Below are positions 38,836 to 52,410 of a stretch of 64,000 bases of DNA, one piece after another. Position 1 is the first letter of the stretch; every line of letters begins with the position of its first letter. The translations under genes and the position numbers were made by a program. The notes below the pieces were generated by a model. That model was not told where the DNA came from, did no database searches, and saw nothing but the letters and a program-made list of their open reading frames with translations. Where the stretch lies: NCBI GenBank assembly GCA_951406725.2, contig OX597815.1, positions 76,136,001-76,200,000 of the forward strand, given 5' to 3'. The DNA comes from Octopus vulgaris (lineage: Eukaryota).

Positions 38836-39385
38836 GTACGCGTTCAACTATAGCTCCACTAAGCATAACAGTTCCCTCCTTTAACACAGGCCATTGTTAT
38901 GAAAGGTAGCATCAAACAAGTCCCCCATACATATCTTCCCTCTTTCATTTCTTTCTCTCTCTCTCTTTCTCTCTCTCTATCTTTCTGTCTCCATACCCAT
39001 CTCCTTTCTTAGGTGCTACCAAATATACTTGGTGTCAACTGTGCTCCAGAATGAACGCGTTGCTTGGAGCTGTTGTTTTCCTGCATGCATTTTACTGGTT
39101 AGTTGGGTTTTGTTTGCTTGCTGTTTATTCTGTGAATATCATTGGCAGCCTCCTTGTTCATTAGTTTTCATTATTGTTTACCCTTTTGTTTTATTTTATT
39201 TTATTTTATTTTTATCTATTGTTACATTGAAAAACTATCACACTGTTTCCTTGATAGCTGTTTAAATTTTTGTTTTTCTTTGTATTTTTGTATGTATTAT
39301 ACTTTTTGTTCTTATTTCATTAATAACTCTTCTTATTTAAAAAGAAAAAAAATTTAAATACAAATGTACAATTTTAGTTTGATGG

Positions 39386-39426
<41 letters not shown>

Positions 39427-40104
39427 CACACACACACACACAAAACATTTTGGTTGTGTGCAGAATAGTATTTTGGTAATAAGATGAGCCAAGAAGAAAT
39501 GAAGAAATTATTCTTTAGTTTATTCATGTACAAGTACAGAAAGTTTTCATATTTTTCAAGGAAATGGAATGGAACAAAATAAAATAAAGTATTTGTGTAC
39601 TACAGTGAGTGATTGAGAATATTGATTTCAAATTTTGGTACAAGGCTGGCAATTTAGGGGGAGGTGGTAAGTTGATTACATCAATCCCAGTGTGCAACTG
39701 GTACTTATTTTATCAACCTCGAAAGGATGAAAGGCAAAGTAAGCCTTGGTGGAATTTGAACTCAGAATGTAAAGATGTATGAAATGCCACTAAGCATTTT
39801 GTCTGGCATGTTAACAATTCTGCCAGCTTGCCACCTTAGTGCTTGAGAATATTGTGTGTGTGTGTAAACAGGAAAGTAATATTTCAAATAGAGTATGGCT
39901 GTGAAAATAGCAGAAAGATTGGGTATTTTACTCTTATATGACAGAAAAAGTTGTCAGCAGATGAATCCGTTTTCTATTGTATAAGGGTAAAATACCCAAT
40001 CTTTCTGCTGATTTCACAGCTATACTGCATTTGAAATATCACTTTCCAGATTGTATGATACATTTGGCACTTCCAAAAATAAAAATAAAAAGTTTGTTTA
40101 CACA

Positions 40105-40480
40105 GCGCAGGAGCGGCTGTGTGGTAAGTAGCTTGCTAACCAACCACATAGTTCCGGGTTCAGTCCCACTGCGTGGCATCTTAGGCAAGTGTCTTCTGCT
40201 ATAGCCCCGGGCCGACCAATGCCTTGTGAGTGGATTTGGTAGACGGAAACTGAAAGAAGCCTGTCGTATATATGTATATATATATATGTTTGTGTGTCTG
40301 TGTTTGTCCCCCCTAGCATTGCTTGACAACCGATGCTGGTGTGTTTACGTCCCCGTCACTTAGCGGTTCGGCAAAAGAGACCAATAGAATAAGTACTGGG
40401 CTTACAAAGAATAAGTCCCGGGGTCGATTTGCTCGACTAAAGGCAGTACTCCAGCATGACTGAAACAAGTAAAGAGAATA
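40105..40480 (+). mobile_element. tRNA-derived SINE family A, full-length and well preserved
   Basis: A box ggctgtgtggtaag, B box gggttcagtccc, central microsatellite, ctgaaacaagtaaagag tail. Confidence 0.88.
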
Positions 40481-42916
40481 TGTTTGTGTGTATGTGTGTG
40501 TATAAAAATTGTATTGCAACATAAGAAGATAACAGTAAATATTAGCTAAAACATATACTGTAAGAAGTTGCTTTGAAATAATTATTAGAATAGATAGTAT
40601 AAGTTAATTAGGAAGAATCCTTGCAAGATAATGAAACATTTGCCTGTTAAACTAATGTTCATGCTGTTTGGTAGACTGGACTATCTATCTGAGACTGAAA
40701 CAATAGTGAGATAAGTGAAATGCAAACACTTCATCCAGTTTCTATGCCAGTATTTTATTAACTTGGAGAACTGCAACTGTGTAGTAAACTAGTAACTTAT
40801 CTAGGTGCTGGTGAGTTGTTTCCAACAAGTTAACACTTTGGAAATTAGGATAAACTTGAGTATTATGGTATGTTGCAGCATTTGTTATGTATTTTGATTT
40901 TTTAATTTTTTTTTAATGCTTTACACTAAAAGGAAATGTGCAAGACTGCTGTGTGGTTTATTCCTATTCTTTTTGAGACTGTGTCAACTCATTTGTGAGA
41001 GGCACTATTCTTAGGTCTGAGATCATCAATTCTTTCTTTCTTTCTTTTTTTTTTTTGCAGGGAGAGGGGATAGTTGGTCTTCTGCCATATGTATGTTCCA
41101 CTGTTAGAATGCAGCATTTTTTTATAATTCCATTCAGCAAGTCCCTCATTTCATAACTATAGTAGTGCAGTCACTTGTCCAAGTCCTTTTATGCTCAGTG
41201 GTTGCCTTTTTTTCACACTTGTACTGTGCCTTCAATGCAAATTAACTTTGAACAGCCACATGTTCTAGTCTTTATCGAACACCTGCATTTAATTCTCAAG
41301 ATTATTACATAAGCTTCATAAGGCCTCCTTTTGCAAAGGGAAAGAAAAGTTCTTGTCAACCCTGTTTGAGTCAACCTATAATCAAACTTTTCCAACCATG
41401 ACCACCCTGTCTTGTTTCTGGAAATAGTGTGTTTAGGAGTATATTATCTATTTTTTTCCTTTCTATTTGAAGATAACAAGGTGGTACTTAAGGAATAATC
41501 TTGCAATTATTTCTGGCAGATTAGGTGACCATGTAGCAGTTCCCTCAATGACTCAAGAAATCCATTGCCACCAGTAATAGTACCAATTCTTTAAACTTTA
41601 TCCATCTCCTTTCTACTTGTGCTACTATACGTTCATCACAACCATTTCCAACACTAATTATGTTATCTTGGTAACAGGAACTGCATGGCAATTATTTCTT
41701 ATATGCTGGAAGCAGTAAAGGTTGGTGACTGGAAGGACATATGACTGTAGAAAATTTGCCTCAATAAACTCCAACTGACTCATGGAAGCACGGAAAGTTG
41801 GATGTTAAAACAACAATGACAATGATGTTGCTAATGCTAACTACTGTACATCTACTGTATCTTAAATCTTGGTTCCCTTTCAGTCTACAGCTTTTGTGTT
41901 TCCAATACTCATTTTAAGTGCATAATATTGAGATCTTACCAACACCTTTTTTTACTTTCTAGATGGTAGTGGATCACATGTTCTCTGTTGCTATTTCAGT
42001 ACATTAAACTTTGCTATATTGGTCTTTTAACTCCTGATCACTATACCAGGTTAAAAAAAAAAATTTTTTTTTGTCCATAGATCAGGCTCTGCAGTGAGAA
42101 CCTGGTCATTAACACATATCAAAGTTCCCAAACATATTATGTGCTCCATTTCAGTATTATTTGACCCTAGAATTACAACAAAAGGGAGGTGGTGGTAGCT
42201 AAAAGCTTGGTGGGGAAAAAATCTACTTATACATTAAATTCCTTACAAAATTTGCTGCTGCCAATCTTTACTTTGTTCATATAGATTGAACTATTCCTAT
42301 AATCCATTTATCTGCACCTAGCATTCTTAGCACCCACCAAACTCCAGAGCATGGAGCCATAGAAAGAAAAAAAAAACTCAGAGATTTTCTATTAATGGAA
42401 AGATTAAATCTTAAGTCTAAGTTTACTAAGGTATTAAAAATGTTTATTATTTAACAAAACCAGCAGTCTAGTTAATCATTTCTTCTGCTTTTGAAATAAA
42501 ATGTTCTGTGTTATTTTACATTGTTAAAAATAAATGTTTCTCTGCAGTATTAAGTATTAGTAAAATCTATCAAGTTACTAGTTTGCTTGTGTCTAGATTT
42601 CAAGATAAAATTTTACTGGCTTAATCTCAGCTTTTTATCAATTTGGGTTGTCATTGTATTTATATTCAATTCTATATCATCTGGTATATTCACCAAATTC
42701 TATGGCAGCTGTAATTATTTTACAACCTACTTTTTGTCAACTCTTAATCAATGGTGGTGGCTAGATTTAATAGGTTTCTTTACACAAGCTTTGTCTTTAG
42801 GTCTAATGTTGCTAATATAATTTCTCATTTGGAACACGGTCTTTACTTGAATTATGGTTACAGCAACATCTTTCACCTCTCTCATCCATATAATAGTTAA
42901 ACCAGAAAAGTTTCAG

Positions 42917-44080
<1,164 letters not shown>

Positions 44081-44089
44081 ACAGTTCTA

Positions 44090-44605
44090 TATTTTAAGAG
44101 ATGAGGAATTATGTACATTATTTTTGGCGACTTTTTTTCACAAGCCTAATATTCTTTAGTGTGCAAGAAAAGCTTTTTTTAAAAAATAATTTGAGTTGCA
44201 TTTTGAATATTCTAAATATTCATCTTTGTTGTTAACACAACATTTTGGCTGATATACAACCTCCTAAGCAGATTGAGTGCAGATATGAGTAGCATATGGG
44301 AACCGATATTAAGGAAGGGTAGGAAAATATTAGATTTATAAGCCCTAAAATTCACTCCATAATTGCCCGCGGGCATATGGCGTAGTAGTTAAGAGCACGG
44401 GCTACTAACCCCAAGATTCCGAGTTTGATTCCAGGCAGTAACCTGAATAATAATAATAATAATAACAATAATAATAATAATAATAATATCGAAAAACACC
44501 TTAAGAATGAGAACCCAGGTTCGAAATTTACCCAAAACATCTGATGAAGGTTGGAGGGTATATCAGCTGAAACTTTGTGTTAACAACAAACAAGATGAGG
44601 ACAAA
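44090..44605 (+). mobile_element. Composite repeat: inverted terminal copy + tRNA-like head + (TAA)n + hammerhead-bearing tail (Penelope-like)
   Basis: 44225-44257 is the inverse of 44558-44590; A/B boxes at 44378-44432; CTGATGA...GAAA at 44541-44572. Confidence 0.7.
44536..44581 (+). ncRNA. Degenerate minimal type I hammerhead motif
   Basis: AACAT-CTGATGA-A-GGTTG[agggtatat loop]CAGCT-GAAA-CTTT-GTGTT. Confidence 0.6.
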
Positions 44606-44624
44606 TATCATCAAATGTAAATAA

Positions 44625-44666
<42 letters not shown>

Positions 44667-44865
44667 GTTAGGAAGGGCATCCAGCCGTAGAAACACTGCC
44701 AGATTTGACTGGGCCTGATGAAGCCTTCTGGCTTCACAGACCAGTAGAACGTCCAACCCATGCTAGCATGGAAAACGGACGCTAAACGATGATGATGATG
44801 ATATATATATATAGGCAGAAATTATATATCATGATTTGTTGATTATAAAATACTACAAATGAATT

Positions 44866-44979
44866 ATGGAGATGTACTTGCGTAGCAAGTGACCTGATCT
44901 GAGATCGTGTGCTGGAACGAAAACAATTGCAGCACGGAAGGTGTTTCTTAAATGGCTTATAAACACCTTCCGCGCTGCA
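44866..44979. mobile_element. Collapsed copy of the 28560 foldback element with 11-bp TSD
   Basis: Matches the reverse complement of 28560-28899 ends; acaaatgaatt at 44855-44865 and 44980-44990. Confidence 0.8.
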
Positions 44980-47900
44980 ACAAATGAATTCTATGCATTA
45001 AATTAGTATTTTTATAATGAATTGAAAAGCATTTACTTTTTATATTTAATCTCTAGGTAGGCAACCACTATCTACGTTGCCTATACTGTAGTTGTTACAT
45101 CCCTAGATTAGCAGGAACAGGAGAGGTAATAGATGTTGCAGTAGCTACAATGCAGTTAAAGATAGGTGTTCTAATTGTGATGTATTATGTCAGAAACAGC
45201 AGTAGTCCTTTATGTAATTTTTGTGTGAAGAGAGCTATTATATCTAACCAGTGGCTTTGCTTAAGAGTTGTCAAAAGGACAGGAGGAAAATAATTGTCAC
45301 ACACAGAAATTAGTGGATGGAATTGGACAGTATGACCCAAGATGGTATAGATTTCATAAATATAAAGAAATGATGACAGAGCCTATTGTAAATATAATCT
45401 TAATTTTTATTTTTGGAAATAATTTATATGTTTAGCTGAGAATCAGATGCAATGATGCTCAGGGTCTGAATGATGCATGTTAGTGTCTATGATTCAGTTT
45501 TTGATTCTATAAAGGATGTACATATTGCCACTAATGCGCTTGGGGATAATATGAGCATTACACAATTTCATTTATGTTTCCTTGAAGTTTTTGTCCTTAC
45601 AACCAAAAAGCAAAATTAGAAAGCTTAGTTTTAATTGGAAGTTATGAATGGCTACATTATATTTGCTTTTTCAATGTTATTTTTTTATTGTTATTTTACT
45701 CTTTCAAAGATGCCACAAGACTTGTTGTTCATCAGTTCGTCATTGAGTTTCTTTTTAATATGTATGAAAAAAAAAAAAAAGAGGTTTTTTTAAAGTTTCT
45801 TCTAATAATATTCTTTGCTACATTTTAATTATTTCTGTTAATCAATTCTTGTAATAAAACCTTATTGGCAAACCACAAGGTTTATTTCTATTGCCAAGTC
45901 CACAGAATTGAAAATATTTCTGTTAAAATATTTATTAAGTAAAATAGTTTTATAATATTTTATATCATTGAGATTACTTACCACTTAATTACTTAATTAC
46001 ACTTGCTTTCTCTCTACACAATTATTTTGTTATGTCCTTTTTGTCCTAACCTTGCTTTTCAGTTGTTAAATGCTTTATTGTTTGTTTTTTTCTTTCCCTT
46101 TCCTTCTTATTTCAAGGCTGCCTTTAATGATATTTTTGGCGACTTTTTTCACAAGCCTAATATTCTTTAGTGTGCAAGAAAAGCTTTTTTATAAATAATT
46201 TGAGTTGCATTTTGAATATTCTAAAGTTGTTTTCATTAGAGCCTTCTAACTTAAAATATATTTCTTTGTCCACATGTAGTTGTGTGTGTCTGTGTGTACG
46301 TATCTATATAGTAGCTGTTCACTCACTTTCTTGTAAGACCACTTTGTGTGCTCATAGGTGTGGTACATCCCTGTATCATAATTATCAAAATGGCTATTGC
46401 CATTTTCATAATTATGACATCCTCTGGATATGGAGATAATTTTCATAAATGAAGAATTTATGTTGTAGTATTTGATATAACTGTATTTGCCAGTGTTGTT
46501 CAAATACATGCCTTTGTGGAGACACGTGGCTCAGTTGTTAGGGTATCGGACTCATGATTGTAAGATTGTAGTTTTGATTCCTGGACTGGGCAATGCATTG
46601 TGTTATTAAGCAAAACAATTCATTTCGTGTTGCTCTAGTCCACTAAGCTGGCAAAAATGAGTAATCCTGCAATGGACTGGTGTCCCATCCAGGCAGGGAA
46701 GTTATATGCTATGGAAACTGGTTCTTATGAGTTGGCATGACTTGAGAAGGTGACCCTTACCTTAAATACATGCCACTGGCCACTCTGAGTTACCTTTTTT
46801 TTTTACCTCATTTTTGTTGAAATTATGCAAGTTCCTTGGGCCAGATTTCCATTGAAATACATTGTTTTAGTTCTAATTTAGTTTGAAAATAATGAAGTTT
46901 TTATCAAAACAAATTTGTTATTATTAAGCTGGTGTGAAGAACATAACAAGAAACTGTCATGCAAGGTTTTAATTTAAATCACTTTAGAGCAGTGAGTTGA
47001 TATCATAGAACTAGGGATGGTCCCAAGTGGAATTGTTTTAAAAAGGTTAATATAACAAGAAAAGCTGGGACAGAACTCTTGTACCATATGACTCGCTTGA
47101 TGAGACTTTTGATATGAAAAGCAAAGCATCTGGATCTAAGTGTGGTAATTCTTATGGTATTACTCACTTGGAATCTTTTGGCAGGGTTTTGTCTAGATTA
47201 CTGTTGTTAAATTAGTTTAATGAAAGACATCCCTCAGTGTTACTTGAAATGATATTCTGGGTGTTGATCAGGTAGAGGATACAAAGGACTTGATTTTTCT
47301 TTTCTTCTGTGAATCAATTTCAAGAAAAATTTATCAAGCAGCAGATATGTCTATGTCAGGTCTTTGTTGACTTAGCCTAGACTTTTGCTATTGTTAACTG
47401 GGAGGTATTGCATAAAGTTCCTGCAGGCACATCAAAGGGTATAAATCTAAAGCTGGATTGTGAAGCCATATGCATAAGAATATCATCACATAGAAGTGTC
47501 TGAATATTCTTGTGGAGATGTCAAGTTTGCTCTGTAATGTTTGCTCTAGACTTTGTAAATCATCAGAATTTAAGCAGAATTTTAGAGCACATGAGCAAAT
47601 GGACACTGAATCATTAAACTGAACATTAAATAATGGGATGGCTTTTTTTTTTTTTTTGTAAGATAGAGTAATCATCATCATCATCATCCTTAATATTTTC
47701 ATTGTGGTCATCTTTATCATCTTATTTTATGTGTATATCTATATATGTATGTAGGAGTATGGCTTAGTAGTTAAGGTGTTGATCTCAACCATAAGGTCTT
47801 GGGTTTGATACTTGGATTGGGTGGTACTTTGTGTCCTTGAGCAAACAAGGCACATCATTTTATGTAACTCCACTCTACTCGCCCAAAAATAAGTTTCAGC

Positions 47901-48896
47901 TGATTGAGGTTGTGATAGATGGAATAAAAAAGAGGACGACACCAGCAATATTCTGTTGGATCAAGAGTGGAAGACCTGAGAAGGTGTCAGTGTCTACCAA
48001 GGCTCCTAAGATGAAAGTGTATACCAGCTACCAGGTTACAATCAATTGTGAGTGACAGCTGCACTAGATATGTATATGCATGCATGGTTTTGTGCGTTTG
48101 TGTATGAATATGTGTGTTTATAAGTGTTTGTGTGTGTATTGTATATGTACATAACATTGGCCTCAAAGTTTGACCTTTAGAGCACCTCTCCTCCCTTTCC
48201 ACATTTGTCTCATTTGCTTTTATTGTTTGATTTTGTATGGTTGATCTGCATATACATATTATCCCCTATTTCAACTCTTCAACACTAATCATGCTGCCTG
48301 TTGTTGGTGGGGTAGTAATCTACACAGTTATGTGGTCAACTATGGTGACTTAATTTCAAATTGTTACAACAGAAGTGTGGTGGATATATTGGATATAAAA
48401 TGCAAAATGTTATTTTGTACAACTGGTTACTATTTTAAGATGATCAGAATTGAACATTACTATCACCTTATCATTAATGGTAATGACAACAACGATCCTG
48501 TTGCTCAGTTTAATACGAGGTACTACACTTGTAAGAGAGAAAAACAATGTGATATGAAGGTGAGAAAGAGAAAATCCAAGGAAAGTACATTGCTCAACTC
48601 AGAAAGTGAATATATCTAGAGAAATAGGTGTTATTTGTTTTATTTTATATTTTTCTTTTGTTGAATATTGTTACTTTGTTTTCTTTCTTTTGATTTTTAA
48701 CATTAATTGTACATTTAAAATATAAAAAAAATTGTTTTTAGCAGCCTCTTATTAATTTATTAGGGTAAGTGTGTTATTATATCAAACATTAAATCTTGAT
48801 TTTCTCTAACTTGGATACCTTCTCACTCTGTTGTTTGTATGAAGTTGTCTTACTTCAGTTTATTTGAGCTGGCTAAATTGTGCACTGTTTCCTCAG

Positions 48897-49169
48897 TTGC
48901 TGGACCTGGGCACCTCCAACCTCCTCCAGCCCCTTGTACTGGAGGTGGGGACCAGATGACCAACACTGGTAGCTCTGACAAAGGGCCGGCAGGGACCACG
49001 GCCTCCATCAGCGTGACAGCCACAACTACAACCACAGTCCAGCAGACTGTGACCCCTGAAAGTCCAGCCACTACAGGGGGGCAGTTTGGACCTCCAAGAC
49101 TTCCCCCTCGGCCAATCCAGTCACATGGACGGAGCATTTCTGTCGACTTAAAAATGAAAGGTGATGTGG
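48897..49169 (+). CDS. REPS1: REPS1 proline-rich exon (VAGPGHLQPPP...PPRLPPRPIQSHGRSISVDLKMK); donor at 49160 or 49169
   Basis: tttcctcag acceptor; two in-frame donors, AAG|gtgatg and TGG|gtaggt; phase 1-1. Confidence 0.87.
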
Positions 49170-50494
49170 GTAGGTCCTACTTTTCAAAATCATCTCATAA
49201 TACTAATCACTCAATACTTTTTGTTAATTACTGACCAGTTCTAGTTAACATTCATTAATAATAAATTAACCCAACCCTTTATTTTGGTTCGGCTCATAAT
49301 TACAAACCTGTTTCCCCCCCAACTCTTATTTGTCACTGCATAGTATCTGAACCCACTTTCTGTTCTAGGATTTGAGGGTTTGGATGGGTTGAAAAAGAGA
49401 ACTTTTGTTCTGTTTTGCTTTCTCTTTGCTATCCTCCTCATTAAACAATCTCTTTGTGTTTGTCTGTGTATGTGTTAGTATGTTTGTATTATAAGCACTC
49501 ACACATACCTACATCCTGTGTGCATGTGTGTGTGTGCGTGCATGCATAAGTTGAAGGTTTGTATATCTTTTAAATCATTTACTTCACCTTATGTTCAGAA
49601 ACTTTGTCTAAAAAATCACCTAGGGTGTAGTGAGTTTATGTATTTGTATTGAAAGCACTACCATCACCACCAACACTATTATTATTATTATTTCTTGTGC
49701 TTTGATTTCCTTATGTTTTTGCTATTTGTTTAAGTTTTTAGTCAAGTTATTTTTCTTATCTATGTATTATTATATCGATTATGGATTAAATTAAAATATA
49801 TCAAAAAATAGCCTGTGAAATTTGTTTGTAGTCAAAACTATAATAGTATCTACATTTATGAACTCTTTCAGAAGGTTAAAAATTCCCAGGAAATAATTAA
49901 TCTGTATGTAGGAGTTTTCTCTGTCTTCTCTCTCAGTTCTTGAACTATTAACGACCTATGAAAAGAAAGAAAGAAGAAAAGCACATTCCATGAATATCTT
50001 CTAAACTATCTTGTTTCATAAAATGTTTAAGTAATTTATTTACCTAAGGTTATGTCATGCTGATGATTAAATGGCTCTATACATGGCTACCTATGATTAA
50101 AATATTATTTAGGATCTTTGTAATGAGAGAAGTAAAAAAAATAATTTAAATATGTATATTCTGTGTAAAACTTCTAATCCTACCATGATTAATCTAGAAG
50201 TGATTGTTTTCCTTAGAATAATTGCTGCTGGGGTACACCATTTGCCCAAATTTTATTCCTGCTTAGTTAAATGCTTCAGCAATGTCTTAGTGTAAGAGAA
50301 CAAAGTACACTGTGATAGTTTCCTCAGGTAGCCTCCCATTTTTAAGAGTATTTAGCATATTAATTAGACCTGGGACTTTGTGTTTGGTTTACACAGACAC
50401 AATGTCCCTGGAGGAATCCCCACTATCAAAAAGAAAGAAAAAAAAATTTGTGATGTTTATACTTTTTGCAACAAAAGTTAAAAATAGTGAAATA

Positions 50495-51771
50495 CGAGGG
50501 GCGTTCAATAAGTAATGCCCCTGACCCACTCCCCATAGCAGTAGAGCAACAAAACTTGGCACAGTTATTAGTCTTTTTCTACATAGGAACCACCCAGAGT
50601 TACGCATTTCTCCCATTGTTTGATGCAGCTCTGGAGACCGTTTTTGTAGAAGACCCCAGCTTGGTCCTCCAACCTGAACGTGACTTCAGAAATCAAGGCT
50701 GCATCATCTGGGAAACGCTTTCCTTTCAAAAACAACTTCATGACTGGGAAGAGGTGAAAATCAGAGGGTGCAAGGTCAGGAAAGTAGGGGGATGGGGGAG
50801 GAGTTCATAGCCATACGCCTGTGCTTCTGATCTGGCGACAAGCGAGTTGTGGACCGGAGCGTTGTCCTGCAGGAGGAAGATGCCTTTGCTGATCTTGCCC
50901 CGCCTCTTGATTTTGATAACTTCTCTTAATTTCCTCAAAAGTGAAGCATAATAAGCTCCTGCAATTGTGGTACCCTTTGCCAGGAAATCTGTCATCACTA
51001 CTCCGTCCTGGTCTCAGAAGACTGTGAGCATGACCTTGCCAGCGGAGGGCTGCACCCTTGCCTTCTTTGGAGGGGGTGAGTCACGGTGCTTCCACTGCAT
51101 TGACTGGGTTTTGGTCTCTGGATCATCGTGATGGATCCAGGTTTCATCCTGTGTAATCAGTCTTTTGAAAAATTTTGGCACATCTCCAAATTCACCCTCG
51201 AGCACTCGACGCGTTCTTGCTTCTGGAAAGGCGTGAGCAACCTGGGAATCCATCTGGCAGACACCTTTTGCATATGCAAATGGTCATGAATGATAGTTTC
51301 CACAGACCCGGTACTAATCTTGACCTCATGGGCTATTTGGCGAATAATTATGCGTCGATCTTCCAAAATGGCAGCCTCAACTTGACGGACAGATGCCTCA
51401 TCAATGGCAGAAGGGGCGACCAGATCTGGGAGCTGTTTCCACAGAGTTCCGGCCATGTTTGAATTCACGATGCCAGCGTTTTACAAGGTCATATGATGGG
51501 GCATCATCACCATAAGTTACTTTCATTTCATCAAAAGTCTCCCGTGGTGTGTGTTCTTTCAAATACAAAAACCGGATCACTGCTCGACACTCAACAGGCT
51601 CCATTTCACACTTGACTCGGTTCAAACACCTGTAAATCAGAAACCACAATGAATTCAGAGCTGTAATTTGCCACTTACTCTATAGAGATATAAATGATTG
51701 CACATGCAAAATTTCAGCTAGATCAAACAACTGCAAGTGGGTCAGAGGCATTACTTATTGAATGTCCCTCG
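50495..51771 (-). mobile_element. Full-length mariner transposon, frameshifted transposase at about 50568-51604
   Basis: About 36-bp TIRs (cgaggggcgttcaataagtaatgcccctgacccact), TA TSD; motifs RSGRP, WIPRLL, DETW, LQDNAPVH, WEKCVTLGGSYVEKD. Confidence 0.96.
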
Positions 51772-52410
51772 TAGCTTTAATCAGAAAATGAAAATGAGTT
51801 GCTGACTTACCTTTTTAGTAACTTAACCATAATTCCACATTATTTATGTATTAGTTTCTCACTAATTATGTGAATCAATATGCTTTCCTGTAGAGGTAGG
51901 TGTTAGAGGCTTTGTTGGAAGAGTTCACTTGATGCTTGGGAGACTTAGATTAGCTGTGAATAATAGAAAAGATGTCAGAAGCCTCTGAGAAAGCAAGACA
52001 TTACATCTGGCTCAAGAGGACAAGTGGTGCGGCAAGAACTAGCACTGACAATGGTAGAAACATGTGGCCCAGAGTTGCAACATCTAACTCAACAAAACTC
52101 GTGCTGTTGTGCAGGTGTTTGTTGCTGCTTCACTGCCTGATGAGACTTCAGCTCCTGCATTTGGAACCAAAGTTCAGTAGCACTGTCAGCACGCAAGTGT
52201 TTACTCTGAGCATTCTTCAGTTCAAAATCTTGAACAAAATGCTGATAACTCTCATTCAAGATGAATGAGAAAGAGCTTTAACTTCCTTCCCTTTTTGTTA
52301 GTATTCTTTTTTATTTTTCATTATAGAAATTCTTTCTTTTTCTTGCCTTGTCAACAAAAGATGACATAGTATTTTTATTTCAATTAAAACTCATTTCACT
52401 TAGAAACTTT

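Noticed and set aside
38558-38887. Antisense ORFs over exons (also 17092-17349, 48850-49137)
   Set aside because: Shadow frames of GC-richer coding exons.
38836-38905. Alternative donor gaaag|gtagca extending the exon
   Set aside because: It gives phase 2, incompatible with the next established exon (phase 1).
44371-44443. Functional tRNA gene
   Set aside because: Poor acceptor stem, degenerate T loop and embedded in a repeat; treated as a tRNA-derived head.
44710-44740. ctgatgaagccttctggcttc hairpin
   Set aside because: No GAAA after the stem; it is part of an RTE-type 3' end.
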